Assembly (NCBI GenBank): GCA_019828565.1
Contig: JAHDYR010000007.1
Coordinates: 915,333 to 979,332 of the forward strand
From: Carpediemonas membranifera BICM
Taxonomy: Eukaryota > Protista > Fornicata
Direction: 5' to 3'
DNA: 64,000 bases
Shown here: piece after piece, positions 53,454-63,486 of the stretch
Numbering within the stretch: the stretch's first letter is position 1
Layout: each line of letters starts with the position of its first letter
Position numbers and translations under genes: made by a program
The notes under the pieces: generated by a model
The model's database searches: none
What the model saw: the letters and a program-made list of their open reading frames with translations, nothing else
Told to the model about the DNA's origin: nothing

Positions 53454-55556
53454 ATGCTTCAACCAACGGCGGCCGAGATTGCACAAGAGGCACAGAAGAA
53501 GAGACTTGCTAGATTGAATGAGGCATATGTCAAAAGTTCCATTGCACTTTGCAATGGCTCAATATCTGACGTCGTCCGGCTCTACAGCCGCTACACGCTC
53601 ACTGGATCACCACTACTGTACAGCGCCCTTCGATCAGGCATGGATAGACAGCTTTTACTGCATATTAGGCTGGCAAACAAAGCTTCAATGCAGATGCCGA
53701 GAGACACTCCTCGAGACGGAATGCCCTCCGACCCCAGCAACATTTCGAACCTCGGGGCTGTTCACACTCTACTACAGTACGTGAAAGACGCCGGCCGTGC
53801 CCGCTACATCTTCACCTGCCTCCCCCTACCCCAGCGTCGCCAGCAACGGGCCGTCATCGTCCCCACGGGCGACCAGGCCGTCGATGCATGGTGGCGCCAG
53901 GCCTCACATGACCAAAGCAGGGACCCGATACCACCAGCCATGCTGAAGACGAAGAGTGCCCGCCGTGAGGCCGAGGGTGCGTACCAGTCAGTTGTGGACC
54001 AAATCATGCGACTCGACTCGCAAGGACGCAGGGCCAAGGTTGCAGCACTGTCTCAGCAGGTAGAGGGGGCGAAGATGAGCAGGAGGAGGCTGCGTTGGCG
54101 GCGGCACAGGCTCCAACGGCAGGCGATGCGGCTGGGCATGGTCCCGGGGGGGCTGCCGGACGAAAGCGACAGTGAGAGCGAGATTGAGGAGGAAGGACAA
54201 GTGGAGTCCGCTGGGGCCGAGCCATTTGTCACAGTTGAGACCGAGCCGGAGCAAAGCAGGGCTGGGAGTGGGGCACTAGAGGGGGATGAGGATGATGAAA
54301 AGACGGAAGCGGCATCCGAGCAAGCTGAGGCCGATCCATTGGTTACAGTTGCTGGGGTGGGTGCGGAGTCGGGACTGGGCTCTTGCTCGGATGTCTCTTC
54401 ATCCTCCTCTGCGTCATCTCGTCTCTCATCTAGTGGCTCCGTCTCCGTCTCAAACCCAGCAGACCCTGCCCCCGGCGCCGGAGTCCCGCCCATGCTGCCC
54501 GAGCTCGCCCTGCCCCAGAGCCCCATAGCCCCAGCCGACATCGCCCAGACGCTTTCGAGATGGACCGGGACGATGCGTGACATCGCCCGTGCAGCAAACA
54601 CAACACTAGTGCGGCGACTGACAGCTAATCTGTCCGATCACCTCTCAGTGTGGTTCCGGTTCGTGCTCCTAGCTGACCCGGCCGTCGCGCAGAATTATGC
54701 CAGGACGCTGTACGTATCGCCATTCACCCCAGTCATCGAGAACCTCTCAGCCACCGCTATACACTCGACTGTGTTGACCCGACTGGGCGAGTTCGACCCA
54801 GAGTTCGACCCCGAGAACTCAGCCCTCAGCGCAGTGGTCTCCCCTCATATGGTCAGACTCGAGCTACGGCACGGGGACTCGGTCATAGGCCAGTTGGCAG
54901 GTCCTGAGCTAAGACCCAGGTTCAATTTCCCTTTGTCCAAGTTTTTTGCACATCTTCACATGCCTGGGAGCATGATCGTTACCAACGTCACGCGTCTATC
55001 GCTTCTCATAGCCCAGGTTGAGTGTGGGCTTCGAGAGGCTGCCCTCGAGCTTGCCCGAGTCAGCTGGCGTCCGGCCCATGTCGACTCAGACGCAGTGGGT
55101 CGCACGTCCCGGAACAAGGGTCTGAAGACTGTTCGTGTGGCTCTCCATTGGATCCAGCAGTTCGCCCGAGTCCTCCTCGAGACCGTGACTCGAGAGATTT
55201 ATATCAACTCACTTGACCTGGCCCTGGCACGAATCCGGCAGGCGGAGTCTGTGGCAAACATCGACCAGACCTTTGTGGACCTCAGGTCTGAGCTTGACGT
55301 GGTCTACTCCGAGGTAGGGGCGCCAGTACTGCCCCTTCTCATGTCTATAAGGGGACTCACCGGATTGGTCGTAGAATGGGCAAAACTGCACGAGACAGGG
55401 CATGACGGCCAGCTTGTGATGAAGCTTGGAGGTGTTCTTGAGGCCCTGAGGGCCGTGACGACCAAGGCGACTGTGCTTCAGGGTGACGTGGAGGGATGTG
55501 TCCGGATAGCCTGTGTTGACCTCAGCAGAGGGCTGGGGAGGCTGCTGGAGAGCTAG
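53454..55556 (+). CDS. Divergent gamma-tubulin complex component, GCP6-like
   Basis: LRWRRHRL plus acidic insertion, LSDHLSVWFRFVLL, FPLSKFF, LARIRQAESVANID resemble the Spc97/98 C-terminal domain. Confidence 0.5.
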   Translation: MLQPTAAEIAQEAQKKRLARLNEAYVKSSIALCNGSISDVVRLYSRYTLTGSPLLYSALRSGMDRQLLLHIRLANKASMQMPRDTPRDGMPSDPSNISNLGAVHTLLQYVKDAGRARYIFTCLPLPQRRQQRAVIVPTGDQAVDAWWRQASHDQSRDPIPPAMLKTKSARREAEGAYQSVVDQIMRLDSQGRRAKVAALSQQVEGAKMSRRRLRWRRHRLQRQAMRLGMVPGGLPDESDSESEIEEEGQVESAGAEPFVTVETEPEQSRAGSGALEGDEDDEKTEAASEQAEADPLVTVAGVGAESGLGSCSDVSSSSSASSRLSSSGSVSVSNPADPAPGAGVPPMLPELALPQSPIAPADIAQTLSRWTGTMRDIARAANTTLVRRLTANLSDHLSVWFRFVLLADPAVAQNYARTLYVSPFTPVIENLSATAIHSTVLTRLGEFDPEFDPENSALSAVVSPHMVRLELRHGDSVIGQLAGPELRPRFNFPLSKFFAHLHMPGSMIVTNVTRLSLLIAQVECGLREAALELARVSWRPAHVDSDAVGRTSRNKGLKTVRVALHWIQQFARVLLETVTREIYINSLDLALARIRQAESVANIDQTFVDLRSELDVVYSEVGAPVLPLLMSIRGLTGLVVEWAKLHETGHDGQLVMKLGGVLEALRAVTTKATVLQGDVEGCVRIACVDLSRGLGRLLES

Positions 55557-55786
55557 AAATGTATGATTGTTGCCTCTGAATTTTGTAGAGCTGGCGCGTT
55601 GTCAGTTTTAAAAGTGCGCACTTGTTCTTGGTGATCAGAGCGGGAAACCAATGGCGGATGCTTAGAGAGCCTTGTAATGTCCAAGCCCGGTCTCTCTCTT
55701 GATTCCACAAGCAGAAGATTGGTGGAAGATCCTGGCGCGACTTTGCGCAGTTTCGCGCCACAATTCCCAAGCCGCGCGAAAGTGCA

Positions 55787-56494
55787 ATGCCTGTATTCAC
55801 AAGCCTTAGCGGTGAGAAAACCATGCAATCGAAGCTCCTTATCGTTGAGGGCAACATTGGTGCTGGAAAAAGCACCGTTTGCGCTTCCCTCAGCAACACA
55901 CTTGGCTTCCGCATCTTTGAGGAGCCCGTGAAGAGCAATCCGTACCTAGAGGACTTTTATAAGGATCCACACCGCATTGCTCCCATCATGCAGCGCTGGC
56001 TATTCGAGCAGCGCCTCGCTACCTACAAGGAGGCTGTCCAGCACATCGAGGAAACAGGCCAAGGCGTCATCCTCGACAGATCCGTCTTCAGCGACTGGGC
56101 CTTCGCTTACCAATCCCTCGTTGATGGCTTCTTCACCGAGCAGCAATACGAGGAGTACCAGACGATGCGGGAGGTCGCCCTGAGAGGACTTCCCCTCCCC
56201 ACGATGTGCATCTACCTCGACGTCAGCCCCGAGCAGTGTCTCTACCGCATCACACAGCTCCGCAAGCGCGAGTGCGAGGCGGGCATGCCCATTGAATACC
56301 TCAGGGGTCTGGACGCGTCACACGCCATGCTCCTCGATGACCTCGAGAAGGTCGGGATTGAGGTGCTCCGGGTCGACTGGGAATCCTTTGGGGACATCGA
56401 GCCCATTGAGAAAAGCGTGCAGCGGACGCCTCTGAACACCAGGCTCTGGGGTGTTGACCGCGGCCGTGTTCCCCGTACCACGCTGTTCGTGTAG
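55787..56494 (+). CDS. Deoxynucleoside kinase
   Basis: IVEGNIGAGKST, EEPV, LDRSVFSD, IYLDVSPE, RKRECE. Confidence 0.92.
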   Translation: MPVFTSLSGEKTMQSKLLIVEGNIGAGKSTVCASLSNTLGFRIFEEPVKSNPYLEDFYKDPHRIAPIMQRWLFEQRLATYKEAVQHIEETGQGVILDRSVFSDWAFAYQSLVDGFFTEQQYEEYQTMREVALRGLPLPTMCIYLDVSPEQCLYRITQLRKRECEAGMPIEYLRGLDASHAMLLDDLEKVGIEVLRVDWESFGDIEPIEKSVQRTPLNTRLWGVDRGRVPRTTLFV

Positions 56495-56608
56495 ATAGCA
56501 AGCTGATAAATGTATATTATCATTGGTCTGGTTATTCTGCAGATTCCTAGAAATGAACACATCAAATGTGGGCATTTTAAGGTCTTCGACACTGAAAACT
56601 GCAAAGCA

Positions 56609-57497
56609 ATGCAAGTAGATGACGTCGAGATCAGAGACGTATACGCCTCTAATTTAGAGAAAGAGTTTGCTAATATGATCGAAGTTTCGAAGACACATCC
56701 CTTCATAGCGATGGTTTGTACAATTTTTGCCCTTTATGCAGGATACGGAGTTCCCAGGCGCAATTTACCGCCCTCCAAACAATGCCACGTCAATGCAGCT
56801 GTATCAAAACCTCTGTGCGAATGTGAATGACCTGAAAATCATCCAGCTTGGTGTGTCGCTGCACAACTCGGCCGGGCAGCCCGCCACGCCCTGCGGATGC
56901 TGGCAATTCAACTTCAAGTTCGATTTGAACAGTGATCCTCACGACAGACCCTCCATTGAACTCCTCCAGGAGGCTGGGATCGACTTTGACTTGTTCGCCA
57001 AGGACGGCATCGATGTGCTCCGCTTCTCATATCTCCTGATGGGCTCCGGCCTAGTCTGCAACCCCGCAGTGCACTGGATTGCCTTCCATTCGTCGTACGA
57101 CTTCCTGTACCTCACTCGCGTCCTCGTTCACGGAGCCCTGCCCACAACGAACTCCGGCCGGCTCTTTGAGATGCTCCGCGACTACTTCCCCTCATTCTAT
57201 GACGTCAAGCACATCATGCGGGCGGCCAAGAGCTGGTCTGGCGGCCTGGACCGGCTGGCATCGGATATGAACATCCCTCGAGTCGGTCCGACTCACCAGG
57301 CTGGGTCGGACGCGCTGCTGACGGGCAAGGTCTTCTTCTTCATGGCCTGGGACTTGCACGCCGAGCCCCACACCCTCGACAACGTCCTCGGCGTCTACCG
57401 AGGGCACAGCTACGGCCTGCATAGCGTCGGGGATCACGTGCAGACGTTCTACCCGCCCAACAGCATCCAGGGCACACCCGTCCGGCCTATATCATAG
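56609..57497 (+). CDS. CAF1: CCR4-NOT deadenylase Caf1/Pop2; intron 56714-56741
   Basis: Spliced IAM/DTEFPG, IIQLG, WQFNF, FHSSYDF, HQAGSDALLT. Confidence 0.94.
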
Positions 57498-58149
57498 ATC
57501 ACTCGGCCGCACACCCTTGATTGTAAAGCGCAGCTCCAGCAAGCTTTTTTTGGCGATTTACGTTGAATGTATCTTGAGAAATCTGCGTAGAAGAAACAAT
57601 CACGTCGAAAACACATGGGAAATCTTGGTAGTTCTCTCTCTGTTGATCCTAACGCTGGTGGCCCCCCTACTAGCAACGCAATTCGTGTTGAGCCCGTTTT
57701 CGTGAGGCCCGAGCCCTCGGAGATCGAGCCACTCAGAACCGGTGGATTCTAACATCAGTAAAGCAATGCACTGGTAATTGGGGCATTTGTTTGCATCACA
57801 GTTCCACTTTTCTGCCCATTCTGAATGATTGTACGGAGTGTTTTTTCCAGACCTCACATTATTGGCTCAATCTTGACCTAGCGCTGCCGGATTCCCGGCC
57901 AGAACTGGCTCAGATCGGTCGGCCCAGAGCCGATCTCACATCGTGGACTGGCAACAACAGGATCAGCCAGGCGGGGCAACGAGTGTCGGCAAGAAAGTCA
58001 AGGACCGGAAGCGTTTACCGATTGGTGCAAGCCGCAAGGCCCCTCACATATTGTTCGTACCTTAGCTAGCCCAGCCCAACCTGTGGCTCCGTAGTTCATG
58101 GCGCGGTGTTGTCATCGGGCAATCCCCTCCATGATCGATGACATCATGG

Positions 58150-58384
58150 TCTTTGACCAGCTTAGGGCCCGCTTGTTGTTGCAACCCTTCTTGTACGTGG
58201 GCCGGCCAGCCACCCGACCGCCACGGTATTTCTCGCGACCCACCCAAACGGTCACAGCAACAGAGACCCCGTCTGTCTTCACAGAGAGCACTCTGCGGAG
58301 CTTGGTGATGTCACCGTGATCACGCTCGTATCTATCAACCTGCTCAGTGGTCTAGTTCTTAGTTGCTGACCAATTCCGATGACA
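58150..58384 (-). mobile_element. Fanzor fragment corresponding to ~20699-20930
   Basis: Reverse complement nearly identical to 20738-20895, with more diverged edges. Confidence 0.9.
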
Positions 58385-58459
58385 TGCTGCTGGCGCGAAG
58401 AGGCATGAACTTCGCGATCAATACCTTAATCATTTGATGTGTGTCAAACGAAGCGAAAC

Positions 58460-59682
58460 ATGGCAAACCGTGAAGAACTGATCCAGAGCTATTTAGACGC
58501 TACTCGTGATCACGAAGCGGCGTCAGATAGACTGAAGCAAAGTTCGTTGCTCTACACATTCTCATATAGTCAGAAAGGAGAAGAGTGAGCTTGACCGCGA
58601 CTACCAGCTCAGCGAGATGCACATTAACGCCCTCCAAAGTGTTGGGCAACTTATAGGCGAGATCCTCCGCAAGATTGATGACGATCAGTGTTCGTATCAC
58701 CGAGTATTCTCACCCAGACATTGTCAAGGCAACGCACGGGCAAAAGTACCTCGTCAACGCCCGAAAGAAGGTAGAAGCCGAGCTCCTCCGCGAGGGAACC
58801 CGTGTAGCTCTGGATATGCAGACGTACACGATCATGCGGGCACTCCCCCGCGAGGTTGACCCGACAGTTTTCCACATGCTCCACGAGGACCCTGGGGACA
58901 TCCAGTACGACCAGATCGGCGGCCTCGACGAGCAGCTGGAGCAAGTCCGCGAGGTCATCGACCTGCCCCTCTCCGAGCCGGAGTTGTTCAAGAACGTCGG
59001 GATTCGGCCCCCCAAGGGTGTCCTGCTGTACGGCCCGCCGGGCACGGGTAAGACGCTGATAGCCAGGGCACTCGCGCATAACGTCAAGGCCAATTTCCTC
59101 AAGATCGTCGCCTCGTCCATCATTCAGAAGTACATTGGCGAGTCACCACGAATCATCCGAGAGATCTTCGCATACGCCAAGGAGCACGAGCCAGCGATCG
59201 TATTTATCGATGAGATCGACGCCATCGGCGGTCGTCGTCTGAGCGACGGCACATCGACCGACCGCGAGGTCCAGCGCACGCTCATGGAGCTCCTCAACCA
59301 GCTTGACGGCTTCGACGATCTGGGCCAGGTGAAGGTCGTGTTCGCGACCAACCGGCCCGACATCCTCGACCCCGCCCTTCTCCGTCCCGGCCGACTCGAC
59401 CGGAAGATCGAGATCGGGCTCCCCAACGAGGCGGGTCGGAAGCACATCCTGGCCATCCACTCGAGTAAGATGCACCTGGCCCCCGGGATTGACTGGGCGC
59501 CCATCGTCAAGGCCTCCGACGGCTTCAACGGGGCCGATCTCCGCAACGTCTGCACCGAGGCCGGAATGTGCGCCATCCGGGACGAGAGGGGCGTGATCGA
59601 GCAGGGCGACCTACTCAAGGCTGTGCGGAAACTCGGGGACTCCAAGAAGCTGGAGACGGCGCTGAAGTATGAGAAGGTTTAG
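58460..59682 (+). CDS. PSMC6: 26S proteasome ATPase Rpt4; introns 58542-58569 and 58690-58717
   Basis: [55 protein letters not shown]. Confidence 0.94.
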
Positions 59683-59831
59683 GCGATGGGACATAAAATG
59701 CGATGTAGGTACATTTATTGCCGGGTGGGAGAGGCCCAGTATGCCGTCCGAGTCGAGCCTTCATTGGTGACCCTGACCACTTCACGAACTTCACAAAGTC
59801 CTCGATCCCCAAAAGTTCCACCACCCGTACA

Positions 59832-60303
59832 ATGTTCTCAGACAACTCAAAGGTCAGAAAGACGTTTGCGGAGCTAAAAAAAGTCCCCAGTGAAGATGAC
59901 GAGAAGATCATGAAGCCCATTCATCTCAAACTGGGCCGCGGGCTTCAGTTCCAGCACCATCCAGCGCTCAAGGGCTGGCAGAACGGTATGTACACGCTAT
60001 CTTTGCGTATCTCACTCAGAAACAGAGTCTCAGCCAGTGAAGCTGGAGGAAATGAAGGAAGAAATCCGCGGTGAATGCCGCGCCCTCCGCACGGAGTACC
60101 AGGATCTCGTCGACACCGTAGACCACCTCAGAGCCCATGTACTGGGCCAGATTGATTACTTTGACCGGCTCCACGCCTTCGCCGCCCAGTTCCCAGAGAC
60201 CCTGCCCCGTCCCGTGGCCGCGGACAAGTATGATGAGTTCAGGATGCCCGACTCGGACATGGCCCGCGTCCCCGAAAGCATGATGAAGATCACACTGGCC
60301 TAG
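59832..60303 (+). CDS. Hypothetical protein; intron 59986-60019; start uncertain
   Basis: GTATGT..CTCAG intron joins two frames. Confidence 0.55.
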
Positions 60304-60766
60304 GTTTGTCATGGGTGAGGGATGGGGCCCTGTTGGGGCAGCGTGCGATGACGGGTCATGGGTCATGACTCATGGTTGAGACAGCTGCGATCATGCGTAA
60401 GAATGTTATAAAGCTGCAAGCTTCTGTGTGACATGGTTCATGTCTCCTGAACCAGGTTGACAAAGATCGATCGTTCCTGGTGACGAAGTCGGCCGAGAAA
60501 TCGTTGTATCATGCAATACTATGATAATAGCGTGGGGTTCAGACCATTGTAGCAAACTCCATCAATTGTACGACTCTTGATCATGACCTTTACGATCATG
60601 GTCGACGAGGAAATCCCACCAAAAACGTGTTCCTACAGACTAAATACCATTTATGTTCGTGAATACAGGAGAGGAACCGTATGTCTGCCGTAATAGCTGT
60701 ATTCCTCTCACAGTCGCTTCAAGTTGCATAAAAAAAACTGGCATCGAAGGAACGTGCGCTTGAACT

Positions 60767-61238
60767 ATGCCTACTGTTGCTCACAAGTCGCGTAAGCACC
60801 GCGGTCAGGTTTCTGCTGGTCACGGCCGTGTTGGCCGTGCTCGCAAGCATCCCGGCGGTCACGGTAACGCTGGTGGCCTCACTCACCACCGTACTCTCTT
60901 CGATCGGTTCGTTTTCTTGACGATTATACTTACAAAGCTACCACCCCCACTACTTCGGCAAGCTCGGCATGCGCCACCTTCACATGCTCAAGAACCGCGA
61001 TTTCTGCCCTACCGTGAACATTGAGAAGCTTCTCACTCTTGTCCCCGAGGAGGTTCGCGAGAAGGCTCTCGCTGGCACCCCCGAGAACGCTCTCGTTCTT
61101 GACGTTACCCAGCACGGTGCTTTCAAGGTCCTTGGCAAGGGCAACCTTCCCTGCCCCCTTATTGTCCGCGCCCGTTTCTTCTCTCAGCAGGCTGAGCAGA
61201 AGATCCTCGCTGCCGGCGGCCGCTGCGAGATCCTCTAA
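60767..61238 (+). CDS. RPL27A: 60S ribosomal protein L27a (uL15); intron 60907-60937
   Basis: [38 protein letters not shown]. Confidence 0.96.
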
Positions 61239-61559
61239 ACGGATGGCATAAACCCAATGCCCGTCTGGTGCGTAAAGATTTTTGGTGATCAGTTGAGCGA
61301 GCAGAATGGGGTATGGAAGGTTTCTCGGTCAGAACGTCAGCCGTAGTCACAAAGAGCCGCCCAATTGCTGAACTCATTGACTTTCTTTCCTTTACTGCGA
61401 GATTACGGCCAGAATGCTCAGAGGGCGCGACTCCCGCCACCCCGACCTGCACCGACAGCGGGGCAGGCCAGTTGCCCGCCGCTCAATGATCTGGCGCCCA
61501 TGGACCTGTTATATACAGTCGCTTAACGTCGTAAAGAAGAAGATCCAAATCGCGATCTG

Positions 61560-62091
61560 ATGCCCTTCGATCCTGCTACCGTTCCTGTAATCATTGATGC
61601 TGCCAAGGCCGTTGCCAAGGCCGATGCCGCTACTGCTGCTCGTGCCATCTCCGTGCTCGATCTCACCGGCCTGAACGACAACGACACCGATGCTGTCATC
61701 GAGGCTCTTTGCAAGCGTGCTGTCAACACTGCTGGCCACACCGCCGCTGTCTGCGTCTACGCTCCCTTCATCAAGACTCGCGCTGCTCTCGGCGAGAACC
61801 TCGTCAAGATTGCCACCGTGAACTTCCCCGCTGGCGGCAACGACGTCGAGGCCGTCAAGGCCGAGACTGAGGCTACTGTTGCTGACGGCACCGATGAGAT
61901 CGATCTCGTCCTCCCCTACAAGGCCTTCCTTGCCGGCGACATTGCCACATGCGAGACCATGCTCGACGCCACCCGCGCCGCCTGCAGCACCAAGGCCGAC
62001 ATGAAGGTCATCCTTGAGTCCGGCTACTACGACGACCTCGCCAAGGTCTACGATGCCACCCGCCTCTGCATCAAGCACGGCGCCAACTTCG
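61560..62091 (+). pseudogene. deoC: Deoxyribose-phosphate aldolase, truncated immediately before the catalytic-Lys motif
   Basis: LDLTGL, AAVCVY, ATVNFP, DEIDLV, KVILESG, GANF, then homology stops (VKTSTG and the C-terminal third are absent). Confidence 0.88.
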
Positions 62092-62131
62092 CTCTCTTGA
62101 CGAAGTTGGCGCCGTGCTTGATGCAGAGGCG
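62061..62131. repeat. 31-bp perfect inverted repeat (62061-62091 / 62101-62131) with 9-nt spacer
   Basis: CGCCTCTGCATCAAGCACGGCGCCAACTTCG and its reverse complement. Confidence 0.95.
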
Positions 62132-62141
62132 TGTTCAAGAC

Positions 62142-62478
62142 AGACACGCAGGCGCCTCTTCATAGCTGGGGTGAGCACTGTTACTCCGCGCTCGAGGATG
62201 ATGAACCCAGGCCTGACCGGTGCCATCGGCACGAACGGAATGAGCTTCGGCTCTGGCAGGGCCTGACTGAACTCGAGGTTCACGGCACGAGTGAGTGTGA
62301 CCAGCTTGGTCACTGCAGCACTCATGCGCGTGACGCACGACAGCACGCCGACGAGGGCCCCGGCCACGGTACCAGTGCGACCCACCCGCTGCTCCTCGGG
62401 CAATGCATGTATGTGGGATGATACATGCCATGATCGGCGGCTATTGCGACGTACTCAGTGTCGAGCTCGCCTAGGGTG
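62142..62478 (-). mobile_element. Fanzor 5' fragment corresponding to ~20368-20702
   Basis: PEEQRVGRTG..PFVPMAPVRPGFIILERGVTVLTPAMKRRLRV; highly similar to the 20.4-kb copy. Confidence 0.92.
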
Positions 62479-62780
62479 TCGAGAAAATCCTGTCGTACAC
62501 CCAGCCGATCACGGAGGAGCGTACGCACCCGTTCTAACCCAGCACGAAGACTGGTCAGGTACCCGGGTGACGCGCGCGAGAGCTGCTCCAAGGTTGAGGA
62601 CGCTGTTGAAGTTCAGTCGTTGCCGCCAGCGTGTGCGGAGGTGAGATCAGGAAGATCATATCGAATCTTTAGAGGACGGTGATAAATCAAGCTTAGCACT
62701 GCTGGCTGTGGCTGTGATTGTGACCGTCGTTGCCCAAGTTCATGACTTGGTGACGAGTCGACACAGCACCGCCATCACCA

Positions 62781-63230
62781 ATGGCACCCACCGTTTCAGT
62801 AGAGGCAGATGTGCAGACCCGTATGCGCAGAGGAACGCGTGCTATTGGACAAGCCGTCCAGGAAGCTCTCGGACAGGCGTCTGATGGCCAGGTTTTCGCG
62901 AAAGTGACGAAGGACTTTGCTGTGAAGGAACACCGCATCAGAAACACCAATGCACACATCATTGAGCTTGATAACAACACGCAGAAGATCAATCGTCTCT
63001 TGCGAGATCTTGCTGGCGCTGCCCATCACGTCGATGATGCTGCCAACTCTGCCAGGACGGCTCTGAACGACACACTGGGCATGGTTTTCGAACAGGAGCG
63101 TGAAGAGGCATGCGAGGAGCCTACAGGCGCGGATGCACAGCCGCAGGTTGCCGCTGCCGACGACGCAGAGCCCGAGATGGGCGAGCCCGAACATAAGCAC
63201 GAAGAGTCCGCTCCGGAGGGTGCAGAGTAG
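62781..63230 (+). CDS. Small coiled-coil protein with acidic tail
   Basis: 149-aa ATG ORF. Confidence 0.55.
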   Translation: MAPTVSVEADVQTRMRRGTRAIGQAVQEALGQASDGQVFAKVTKDFAVKEHRIRNTNAHIIELDNNTQKINRLLRDLAGAAHHVDDAANSARTALNDTLGMVFEQEREEACEEPTGADAQPQVAAADDAEPEMGEPEHKHEESAPEGAE

Positions 63231-63486
63231 TTAGTATAGGATAGTTGTGGATGGGACAGTAATCATAGTGGCCAGCTATCAGTGTAAAGTTTGTCGCAGT
63301 TGACCCTCCAACGCAAGATCATGTTTCGCACTCGTGTCGCAGCGAGCGGAGGCTAGCTTCGTACATCATGGCAGCTTGATAGAGAGCCGTTCGCTGGCCA
63401 ACAGCCCGACGCGAGTCAATCTGTCGCCACCAATCTCAACCTTTACGTGAGCAGTCAATGCGCAGTTTTGCGTCCATCGAGCTTGG

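Noticed and set aside
57880-58150. Continuation of the Fanzor fragment (RYEQYVRGL..LDFL on the minus strand)
   Set aside because: No nucleotide similarity to the 20.9-21.2-kb copy and several stops; too weak to call
62150-62165. GASS at the end of the deoC ORF resembling the DeoC C-terminal motif
   Set aside because: It is encoded by antisense Fanzor DNA, so the match is coincidental
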